In this document: piece after piece, positions 53,177 through 64,000 of the stretch
Position numbering within the stretch: position 1 is the stretch's first letter
How the letters are laid out: every line of letters begins with the position of its first letter
Assembly (NCBI GenBank): GCA_964035545.1
Contig: OZ037770.1
Span: 10,112,973 to 10,176,972, forward strand
DNA: 64,000 bases
Direction of reading: 5' to 3'
Source of the DNA: Bugula neritina
Taxonomy: Eukaryota > Animalia > Bryozoa
Made by a program: the position numbers and the translations under genes
Notes under the pieces: model-generated
Told to the model about the DNA's origin: nothing
Seen by the model: only the letters and a program-made list of their open reading frames with translations
Database searches by the model: none

Positions 53177-56100
53177 ATGAAGAACAGTTCAGAATGGAAC
53201 AACATAACTACCTCCTCAGAACCATCTCCTGAGTTTGATCCATTCCACTACGACAATGTCGGTAGGGTGACGATCTGACTTTAACTTGAAGGGGGAGAAG
53301 GCGCTATGCCTGGTTCCCCTTCTAACTTGAAGAAGGGGCTACACCTGCTTCCCCTTATCTTATTTTGATATATTGATATTGATATTGAGGATTTTTCAGA
53401 TCAAATAACTCTGGATGATAATCTAAGCTAATTTAAACTTTTGATGTTTCAACACCATTTAATTATTTGTTAAAAATTGCAAGTTGGGTTTATAGAAATA
53501 TAACTTTGCGGCACAGCGTAGTGTAAATTCGAGCGTATAGTATAAAGTTTATAGTATAAAGAATAGAGTATAGACTTTTATAGACTATAGTATATTGTAG
53601 TGTAGTATAGTACAGTACAAAGCAGTGTAGTGCAGTGTATAAAGTGTAGTGTAGTGTAGTGTAGTGTAGTGTAGTGTAGTGTAGTGTAGTGTAGTGTAGT
53701 GTAGTGTAGTGTAGTGTAGTGTAGTGTAGTGTAGTGTAGTGTAGTGTAGTGTGGTGCCGTGTAGTGCATAGTATAACGAGTATAGTATATAGTGTATAGT
53801 ATATAGTGCAGTGTTGTGTAGTGCATAGTATAATGTGTATATTATATATATAGTGTATAGTATATTGTAGTGTATAGTATATTATACTGTATAGTATATT
53901 GTAGTGTATAGTATACTATAGTGTATAGTATAAAGTAAATTACAGTAGAGTATAGTGTATAGAGAATAAAGCAGTTTAGTGTAACATAACCCACAGGGTA
54001 CTGCTATAGTAAAACAATATCTATTATAACATATGTTTGCTGTTAGTTAGGTGTACGTGATACTACGTGTGTGTATCTGACATAACATGGTTGGGTATTG
54101 AGTACGCTGAGAATAACATATCAGAACTCATCTCTTTTGATGAACTGGAGTCTCTATGCTACGGCAGCAGCTGTGCAGGCAGCAGTATGATATTTTAAGA
54201 AATATTGACATCTTAGAAAGCCGATTGGTTGGTTTACATTGCAATATGATTTCGTTGCTACAAGTTGCTAAAGGAAAGTATTAAAGAGCCCACCCAGCTA
54301 TTAGAAAGCAGTAGAGCACATTGGATGATGTACTTTATAGTATGTTATACAACTGTATGATCAGCCTAATTCAACAGCAATAATATAAATATAATGATTA
54401 TTTATCTAACATCTAGATGTGGTATGAGTTATTAAAGACCGTATTAGTCTAAAATATAACATGAGTAGTTAATAATAACATTTTGTAACAACAATAATAT
54501 GTTTACCAGATTCTGTAATTATAGGAGCTAAAATTCAGCTAGTAACTACACAGTAAGCCCTCTGTGGTATATTATTACTTTGTATCAAGTTTTCAAACTA
54601 AAATATAAACACAGCTATTTAGCACATAGAATTTAGACCTGTCTTTATATAATATATGATAGCCTGCCTGTGTAACTATACCCTTTGTACCACAGATCAT
54701 AAAAACTTGTGCAAGTTTATAGTCGCCATCCCTGTGAGAGCTCCTGTTGGAAAGGGTTTCTATGTTTAGTTAGGCTAAGGATGTATTCAGAAGGGGCACT
54801 GGATGCTCTTCCTAACATCTACAATGGCCTTTGATGGGTTTCAAACTCATGACTTCATGTTTACTAAGCAAATGCTCAAACCCCGCCCTAGACCATGGCT
54901 GTTCCCTGTACCATAGATCACAGTTTATGTTTTATATTCTGTATCCTGTCTACTTTAGTTTAATCTTAGCCTTTGTACCATAAATAAACGTCTGCTTTAG
55001 TTTAATCTTAGCCTTTGTACCATAAATAATTGTCTGCATGTATTTTTTGTAGCCATTATTATGCCGATAGTGATCGGCCTGATTACAATTGTTGGACTGA
55101 TTGGTAATAGCCTTGTTATTGGCTCTGTGATTCGTTACAAGGCCATGAGAAGTGCTCCAAACATTTTCATAGGTACAAAAATTTTAAAACTCATGCTTAT
55201 ATTTAGTACTTACAGTACATAATTATACCGAACATATATACATTTACCTTACCATTAGCAATTGTTAACGAAATATCTTGGCATGACTGAAATGCTACTA
55301 AAATTGTGAATTTCTATAGTAATTTTAAACTCCGTGCAATGAAACTCTATTTATATCAGACTGACTTGCAGTGGCTTCACCATGTCATAATATTATGTGG
55401 GTTCGTTTAAATGAAATATTCCACTTTGTAATAGCTTAAGAAGAAAAAATAACAAAATTGATATACATGATGTATGTAAAGAGACCAGATACAACAGGAA
55501 TTACAATTTAATCATCTGCATATGTTTTGTTATAGGATGTTATGTTACATCTGTGTGCTGTGTGTGGTGTGTGTGGTGTGTGTGCTGTGTGTGTGTGCTG
55601 TGTGTGCTGTGTGTGTGTGTATTGAGATAGTAATATAGCCTAGCATTATGGTAAAAATATTGCAATAATACTAGACTATATTAATATCTCAATAATGTAT
55701 AATATATATTATATAATATATTGAAGTTGTATTATTTTATATATGCATTTCAATATTATATCAAATTATTGTAACATAATGCATAGTTGTTCACTATAGA
55801 ATTATCCTATATGATATTTTCCTATATATATTATATTTTCCTATATTATATTTTCCTACATTATAATAAACATTTCTGCAATGTATTATTTTAGTAAACC
55901 TGGCCATTGGTGACATCTTTCTAAACATCATAGCCTTACCCACAGTAGGCTTGGCATACACAACAAAGGGGTGGGTGTTTGGTGCTGCAGTCTGTAAGAT
56001 AGGATACTTTCTGAGAACCTTGTCTTTAGGTAATGTATAAGTCTACACATTATTAAAGGAATATTTATAATAAATCATTATTATAGATCCTATTTGCACA

Positions 56101-59100
56101 TCCCACCAGATTTCATTAGGTGTCAAATCATTTGCAAGCATATGCTGGGAAAAACTTTATGCTGCCTAATTTTTGAAATTGACTCATGGCTATAGCTGAG
56201 CATTATCTCGCACATCAGCTGTGTAATAAATAAAATGATAGTCTATAGGTATTTTAAGAAAATTTAAAAACTTACTCTAAGTATTAAAAATGGTTGAAAA
56301 GTTTGGTTGTTAAACTTTACACAACCCGGATAATAAGGCTGTCTTGTGTCTATTTCATGAGATCAACTGTAAAAAACCTACACTGTATCAATCTTCTAGA
56401 TCAAGTACTATTTCGAAACTACACTTATAATTTTAAGTTTTAGTTTTAAATTCTATATTATTGCTTTAAATGTTGGATAAGATAGGATTATATTGTCATG
56501 CTAGACAATTTGTTTATAATGAAACTGTTTTATTTTCTCCTTTCCACAGGTCTGAGTATATTCACTCTAACTGCTCTGAGTATTGATAGAGTTCTGGTCA
56601 TCTCCCAGTCACTAAAACTCTGGCAGACCCCCTCAGTTCGTATCACTGTCACAGTTATTATTGTGTGGGTTCTAGCAATTATAGTAGCTATTCCAGACGC
56701 AGTGGGCTACTGTCTGGTAAGTGCAAAACATGAATTTCCTAATAAGTATGCAATAGGAATGTCATTTAATGAATAATGAAAATGTTTTCTCCCGCAAGTA
56801 TACCAATTCATACTTATTTAAAAGTTTGTAAAAGCTTATTTAAAATATTTATATACATTACCAAGCTTCAGATTGGATGGTTTAAGCTAAAAACTTTAAA
56901 CATGCAAATTTTTCAAAAGCAAAAAAAGCAGAATCTGATCATTATATTGTATAAATTGTAACAGTGTCTTTATACTAAATATTAATGATTACATAAATAT
57001 ATCATTTTAAAGTAACACATTTTCAAATATAGAAATGTACAAATCTTATTTAAAAACAATTATCATCATTATATTATTATACTACATATATATCCAAATA
57101 TAAAAATATATAAACAAGTAAATATATATATATATATATACATTATACATACATATGTATAAATTCATATATTAATTGCCGTTTATATACATGCAATATT
57201 ATTTCTGAAGTATAGTTTAACACAATGTTTACTTACAATGCACTCTTCATTAATCTTCCCAAGATTTAGTCGAACTCAGTTTTTCAACAATATTATAGCC
57301 AGTGCAGCTGCAGCAGTAAACCATTGTCAGTACACATCTTTCATTGCCTGACACCATTGTTGCATGGCATCATTGTTGATCTTTACGCATAACAATATAA
57401 ACAAGTTAAAATAAACAATGACCAAGTTATATTTTGTCACTAACAAATCAGTACCAAGATCAACAAAACAGCTTTTTTCGAGTTTTAGAGAAATATTTTA
57501 CTGCTAGAAGTACATGTGGAGGTAAGACTGGAAAACACAATATAATTACACATTTAGATGATGCCGAGACATGCAAATAAAATATGTTGGCATAATAAAT
57601 AATGGAAACAATTTACACAATGACTAACTAAAACATTGTAAATTATAGTTTTTTCACACAAAGACAAAAGGCATAAAAATGATATTATTGAAATAAAACT
57701 CAAACGTTGTAAAAAGCATACTGTAGTACTCTAATACTCAGTTACTGGAAATAGAAAGTTTTTAGTTTTTTTTATTTTTTGCTTCTTTTTGAGCTCCAAA
57801 TTAAAGCATGTAAACTTATAGGTGCTTTAAATGTGGAGTTGACATATTAATAGCTTAGTGTACTATCTTTAATCCTTTTATAGTTATAACTTTGGCCAAC
57901 AGCAAAATTATAGGAAGTGAAAGTCCTGACAAGGAATTTTTCAAAATTATAAAACTGACAGAATGCACTTTACCCAATTTTTCTAGCACAATCTGCACTT
58001 TCAAGCATTCAATTGCAATCTTTATTTTTCTGATTTTTTTATATTAGGCAAAAAACTAATACTTACTAAATTTTTAAGCAGAGTTGCAACTCTCTTTAAT
58101 TGAATTCACGTTAGATACTGAACATACATGTACTGACTTCAGTACATCATATAATCTACTCTAGTCTATAAAACTGTTTTACCAAACTCAGGTTTATTAA
58201 TTTAGCATAAATACAGACTTTTACAATCAGACTTTAAAATTAAGATAAATAATAACTGCTTTTACATTTTTAAAATTTTAATAATATTATATCATGTAAA
58301 TTATATTATTAAAGATTTCAATTCTATTTTAGTATTTAGTATTTCAAACATTTAATTAAGCATTAATTTTAATCTAAAGTATTATATAACTTGACAAAAA
58401 GTACCAATATAATTTTATCTTTGTTTATGAATGCATACATTCATACCTGCATGCATTTGCTATTAATACAATTATCTATACACATTACCTTTGAAATGGC
58501 TTATAGTTTATTGCACACTAAGCCTAGGGCCACACTTTTCATTCACTGTTTGAAAACAGTTGCATCGAATTATAAGTTCGTGCAAACTTCAACCACATAT
58601 TCATCCTTACAGGCATCTATTCAAATAATGATAAAAGCAGTGATTGTATATTTTTTTTAGTAAATAAAATTTAGTTGCTTATAGTGCTAATGTTTTAGCC
58701 TTGGGCCACACTGTGCGTATTTTCGCATGCGAAAATTGAAATCACAAGTAGCAAAGGTGTCCACTGTACGCTTTGAGAAAACATTCGCACTTGTCGCTCA
58801 GTATTCTCAACGCAAGTGCGAATGGTCTCTGTCGTCGTCACCTAATTGGCTGGTAGTTATTCAGCGGGCCCAATTTCTTTATTTTAGTGCTACATCCTAG
58901 TAAATTGCGTTTTATTGAAAGCGAGTGCGATTTAAAAATGAAAGCTTTATTTATCACGCATCACTGACGCTACAGTGGACACCTTTGCTACTTGTGGTTT
59001 CAATTTTCGCATGCGAAAATATGCACAGTGTGGCCCTAGGCTAAAACATTAGCACTATAAGCAACTAAATTTTATTTACTAAAAAAAATATACAATCACT

Positions 59101-61052
59101 GCTTTTATCATTATTTGAATAGATGCCTGTAAGGATGAATATGTGGTTGAAGTTTGCACGAACTTATAATTCGATGCAACTGTTTTCAAACAGTGAATGA
59201 AAAATCCGTTTGTATAATTCGAAACTTTGAAACTAACTATAGTGTAGTGTCTTTTATTTCTATATAAATAGATCTCTCACTTATGTCTAGGTGTACTATG
59301 AAGATGATAACACCTACATATGCACACCCTCTCCTCAGGAGTGGAAGAGATTTAACTATGAAAAGATCTACTCTATGGCTCATATCACGCTGTTCTTTTT
59401 TGTTCCACTGATAATAATCACAGTCTGCTATGGAATTATGGCGCACGTCATGGTAGGTGAAATAATTACCATGATTAGAAATATAAGTGCTGTGGTAAGT
59501 ATAGTATTATTATTATGGTTGAAAGTATGTCTCCAGTAAGTATAGGTAGAGCTTAATGCCAAAAATACTATATAAACTATAAAGCTTGCAGTTTGTGAAT
59601 AGCCTTAGCAGTATTACATGCTTTTGTAGCAGGAGAGTAGTGTATGTAAAGGCAAATGAAAGAAAAATAGTTTCAAGCTAAACCCAAAAATCAAAACGTA
59701 TAGAAATAGAAATTTATGCTGATCAAAAAATTAAAAAACTATTTACAACAAACAGGCGTAAAATAAGGTTATATTGATATAAGTTTACAGCTGTAGTGTT
59801 GGGTTTAGCTATATAATACTTGTGCTTACTTCAGTTAGCTAACAAAATCGAACTTATGAATGGTAGAGAAAATCATACCTGATTGGCTATTGTTTACTTT
59901 TAAAACAACTGAAATAACTTTAAATGTTTAAAAGTTACAAAATAATAAATAAAACTATATTTTTGCAGCATAGAAATTCTAGCTGATGTTTTTATAACTG
60001 CATTTACAACTTTTAACCAAAATGCTAACAGGATAGTAAAACCCCTGGAAAAACACGATCTATATATTTACAATATAAAATAATAAAAGCTACACAGTTG
60101 AATTTACAAGTATGACTCAATAATAGCTCATTTTCTTCATCACAATGGAAGCAATTGTATATTTGACCGCCCCATTCTAGTCTGAGTTGTGTGTTGCAGG
60201 TAAAGAGTTCTCATGGATTACCAGGGGAGACTTACAACGGCTCTACGTTACGTAGAAAGCAAATTCGCACTAGAAGAAAAGTTGCCAAAATCATGATATC
60301 GCTTATATTTTTATTCTTTGTTTGCTGGCTGCCAAGAAGTATTCTTACAATTCACAGAACATATGCTACAAATCCTCCATATACGCCCACCATACACTTT
60401 CTCAGACTAGGTGAGATATATAGAAATATATTTAAAGATACAATTCTCCATATACCCTTACCGTACACTTTCTCAGACTACATAGGTGAGCTATTTGATA
60501 TTGCAGTGAAGATTAACTGAATCCCTGATGAAAAGGGTTTTTGTTGAGTAGGCTAAGAAATTTTTCACATTTGTGGCAAAATATGAGCAATTACGGCTGC
60601 ATACCTTTCCTAACATCACCAATGGCCTTTACTGCAGTTATACAAGTGATTTGATTGCGGAGATGGAAAAACAATGTATCACTGTATTTACTATGTAACA
60701 TAATATAAGTTGATTCATACAGCATCATTCCCTGGTCCACTTCTTGCAAGTACTCAAAATCTATCACACAGTTAACTTTGTTTCAGCGGCTGTCTGTCTC
60801 ATGTTTGCCAGTGGATGTGTCAACCCAGTAGTCCTGTACTTTCTGAGTAAATCTTTCAAGACACACTTCAATAAGCAGCTGTGCTGCAGAGAGGGGACAA
60901 CTGACAGTAGCACTTCAGATTTGGCAACTATCCAAGACTCACAACCTCTCATTAGACTATCCAATCAGACTACTGGTCATAGAGCTAATAGTAACCATGG
61001 TAACCAAACAACTGAAAGCACTGAACAGACAGACCTGACAGCTAGCCTATGA
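53177..61052 (+). CDS. Class A neuropeptide GPCR, CCHamide/bombesin(GRP)/endothelin receptor-like, paralog 2 (381 aa)
   Basis: Exons 53177-53261, 55053-55172, 55895-56029, 56550-56716, 59291-59452, 60200-60410, 60787-61052 (1146 nt, in phase). N-glycosylation sequons NSS/NIT in the N-terminus; GLIGN, PNIFIVNLAIGD, ALSIDRV, LPGE..RKQIRTRRKVA, FFVCWLP, VNPVVLY.LSKSF. Confidence 0.92.
53590..53960. repeat. (GTAGT)n pentanucleotide microsatellite with degenerate flanks
   Basis: Perfect GTAGT run ~53644-53750. Confidence 0.95.
54700..54906 (-). mobile_element. SINE copy with TSD
   Basis: Matches 48550-48768; flanked by TGTACCACAGATCA and TGTACCATAGATCA. Confidence 0.85.
58536..59203. repeat. Near-perfect inverted repeat, 233-bp arms and 202-bp spacer
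   Basis: 58536-58768 is the reverse complement of 58971-59203 with about 3 mismatches. Confidence 0.95.
58698..59041. mobile_element. PIF/Harbinger-type MITE (344 bp, ~71-bp TIRs, TAA/TTA flanks) inside a larger inverted duplication
   Basis: TIR GCCTWGGGCCACACTGTGCRTATTTTCGCATGCGAAAATTG...CCACTGTA at both ends. Confidence 0.8.
60520..60630 (-). mobile_element. SINE fragment
   Basis: CCCTGATGAAAAGGGTTTTTGTT...GAGCAATTA...TTCCTAACATCACCAATGGCCTTT. Confidence 0.7.
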
Positions 61053-61637
61053 GAAGATTGCAGACATGAGTCAGATAACCAGGTTTAATTATCAGTCATT
61101 TGCTTCGGTCATCTTTTAAGAAACCCTATTTTTGAAGACATTTATCACTAAGACAATCTCTAATATAATACACGTTTGGCATACAATTGAGATATGTGAA
61201 ACTAATTTTGCAATAACTGCATATATAGCTGTTAATAATTACGTATTTATAATATATTGTACTATCTGTCTTGGAATTTTAGCTTGTCACAATATTTTCT
61301 AGAATCAGTAAGGTAAGGACTTTTGGATTTCCTATTGGCTACTTATCGTCTTACCAATAATAGGTTTGATCAACCCCTAGCTGCAGATGGTGAGCTCGGC
61401 CCACCATACCACTTACACATTATATTATATTATTAAATATTATATTATTAAATATGATATATATTAGATTATATGATTACTCTATTTTGAAATACCTTCT
61501 TCACATGTTATCATTGTACCAAAATCTTTCCTACTTCTTAAATATTACAATAATATCACCTGGTAGATCATGACAGATAATCACTGCTTGTAAATTAAGT
61601 TCAGCCATATTCAAGTGAGGTTAGTGAATATCGCTAA

Positions 61638-61732
61638 AAGCAGCACCGGTGTTGGAGTGAACCAGTGAAGATTTAGGGTAGACATCGGTGTCCAAACCAA
61701 TCAACTCCGTGACCTCCAACTCAGTGCTGCTT
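61638..61732. mobile_element. Small MITE-like element (same termini as 36529-36653)
   Basis: AAGCAGCACCGGTGTTGGAG ... CTCCAACTCAGTGCTGCTT. Confidence 0.55.
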
Positions 61733-62723
61733 CATGCAAATTGTTGGTTTTATCATCCAGGTATTACTTATACTGTATGTACAACTAATACACAATATAT
61801 TATTGCACTAGAACATCTTTACAATGATTTGTGTATTTGCATAGAGAACATAAGGCATAAATTAGGGCATGCAATCAGAGCAAAACATGGGAACTGGAAG
61901 CAAATTTATTCACATGTTTTGCACACCTAGTAATTGAACCTAGGTATATAATTCATACAGTCCAATCAGTGCTATGTACGGCAAGATATATTTGTAAATA
62001 CAACATAGAAAGTATAAATTAAGAAAGTCGAAGAGGCCTGCACTAAATCACATAGTAATTGAGTTGATAAATCAATCTCACGGCATCCTGTTTACATGAA
62101 CACACATTGGAGCTAAATGTCAGGTAATGCAACTGAATACATTTACAACTTGCAGATTGATAAACTATTATGGCAATTACTATGCGGTAATTAACAAAAA
62201 TAAACTATAAACTTTATCTGAACATTATAACCAACTGCAAAATAAATAAAGAGGCATGCAGCATCCTCAAAAAAAAACAAAATTGAGTCAAAATCTACCT
62301 GTGAATGATTCATTGAAATAATTACAGAGCAACAACACACATAGTAAACAGTAAACAAATATAATATAGTAACATGTGTATCCATTCACCATCTGATTGT
62401 TGTGAAAACTGCACTGCTGCCTTTAGATATAAATTTCACAGGCAGCGTAGCGACATCACATACGTGGAGACATCTTGTACATAATTTTGTAACCTGGATT
62501 CACCAGATGTTAAACATATAAATAGAAAGCAAATCTCAATAAGTGTACCTAGCACCTGCTCAAACACAATGAAGTCCTTAGCCAAAGAAGTGGTGTCACC
62601 GGTGTGAGTCACATGATCAGAGATGTATAGTCACATGACGCGAGCAGAGGTCACATGACATCTTCATGCTTTCTACCTAGCCTTTGTTCTAGAGTTGATG
62701 CAGCCTGTCCATTGTGACGGACA

Positions 62724-63621
62724 TCACATGCCCTCTGTGTTGTCATATGGACTGGGCAAAGGCTCTAACACAAATCCTGTCTGAGACTACAATATAAATA
62801 TATTGTAGAGAAGACAACTCTTGAGAAATCAAATGGTATGAAAAATTAAACTACTCCCTCCCTCTATATCTCACTAAGCTAGGGGCCCCAAAAACTTCAA
62901 TGACAGGCGAAAAGCAGCACACATGTACTGACATTGAGAATGATGTTGACGATAAACTCATTAGGTTTTACCTGAATTGGCCTCTGCAAGGGATGACCGA
63001 GCATCTTGGCAAACGCATCAAACACTTTGGTCGGAGTTCGAGCAAACTGAAAATACACAAATAGTTCAGGAATAAACATGCAGCCCAGCTTATGAGTTGA
63101 GATTCAATAAAATAAAATAAATTTCCTTGTCAGAAAGGCAGAACATAAAAAAATTAAAATTTTTTAATTAAACTGAGAAGCAAATAAAACATCAGCGAAT
63201 TACAGTGCTCCCTCCATATCTCACTAAGCTATACAGTGCTCCCTCCATATCTCACTAAGCTATGGGTCCCGAAACTTTAATTCAAGACATATTACAATAC
63301 CAGATTTGAATCACAGATCAGTTAAATTTGGCCATTTTGTCCCTATACATGTACATAAGCAACAAAATAGAGTCCAAGCCCTTCCCTTGACCTATGGAAT
63401 TTCGTGAGAACTGGAACCGTGAGATATAGAGGGAGCACTGTAGTTGTAAAATTTATATTTATGAAGCAAGCAAATGTATACATGGCCAGTACTTGCTAAC
63501 TACAAGATTAATAGATATCTTACGTCGAATATGTAAGAGAACCCACGAGTGTCAAGGAAACATAACTCCTGGAAAATATCTTGAGCCTGATTGTAATTGG
63601 CTGGTGGTTCGTGGAAATAGA
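62724..63621 (-). CDS. Last three coding exons of an unidentified gene continuing beyond the right edge
   Basis: Exons 63621-63524, 63046-62972, 62786-62724, GT-AG and in phase: xYFHEPPANYNQAQDIFQELCFLDTRGFSYIFD|FARTPTKVFDAFAKMLGHPLQRPIQ|SQTGFVLEPLPSPYDNTEGM*. Confidence 0.7.
63203..63440. mobile_element. Tc1/mariner (pogo/Tigger-like) MITE with a duplicated left end
   Basis: TA|CAGTGCTCCCTCCATATCTCAC ... GTGAGATATAGAGGGAGCACTG|TA; left 31 bp present twice (63203 and 63234); a lone left end also at ~62855-62897. Confidence 0.85.
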
Positions 63622-64000
63622 CTATATCCATAAAGAAACAGGGAGACCCAGACAGAAGGTTCTGGAAATAGTCAACACTTACAAGTTAAAGGTTACATGA
63701 TAGTACTATATTATATAACTATTGAAGGTAGCAAGATACAATAATTTAATGACTCAACATTGTTAGTCAATTGTTAGTCATAACTTACTAAAAATTATTC
63801 TAATCAATGCATCTACGATAAATTGCATTGATATGGGGATTCCCAAAGTAGCAGTTGTATTGCATTATTGCAAACGTAATGTTATGAATTGTTATGTAAT
63901 ATTAAAATTTTATTTCAGAAATCCAACTATTGTTGTAAATAATTTAAATTCTGTGAATTCAAGATCCACTTGATATTTTTACGAGGATCAGAATTAGAGT

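Noticed and set aside
53578-53826. (HYTTL)n ORF
   Set aside because: GTAGT microsatellite.
3331-61052. Functional cluster linking the SODs, THNSL2 and the GPCRs
   Set aside because: No shared pathway or regulatory signal is evident; adjacency in an animal genome is not evidence of co-function.
62670-62726. TGA readthrough or selenocysteine at the end of the right-hand gene
   Set aside because: Only a short open extension and no SECIS-like structure I could identify.

Overview
AT-rich, intron-containing invertebrate animal DNA; no prokaryotic features or CRISPR array. Spliced genes were rebuilt by hand from GT-AG sites, and exon phases are consistent. In order: (1) terminal exon of an unidentified + strand gene; (2) a tandem pair of - strand genes for secreted Cu/Zn superoxide dismutase-fold proteins that keep all Cu and Zn ligands but lack the electrostatic loop and carry a Cys-containing N-terminal extension; (3) a 10-coding-exon threonine synthase-like 2 gene (+); (4) two paralogous, head-to-head class A GPCRs resembling CCHamide/bombesin (GRP)-type receptors; (5) between them, an intron-containing tRNA-Leu(CAA) and a 3.16-kb TIR element with ATAT target duplication; (6) the last three coding exons of an unidentified - strand gene. 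Also present: a tRNA-derived SINE family (~10 copies), hAT-, PIF/Harbinger- and Tc1/mariner-type MITEs, a 233-bp-arm inverted repeat, a perfect 60-bp palindrome and several micro/minisatellites. The SOD pair is the most interesting finding.
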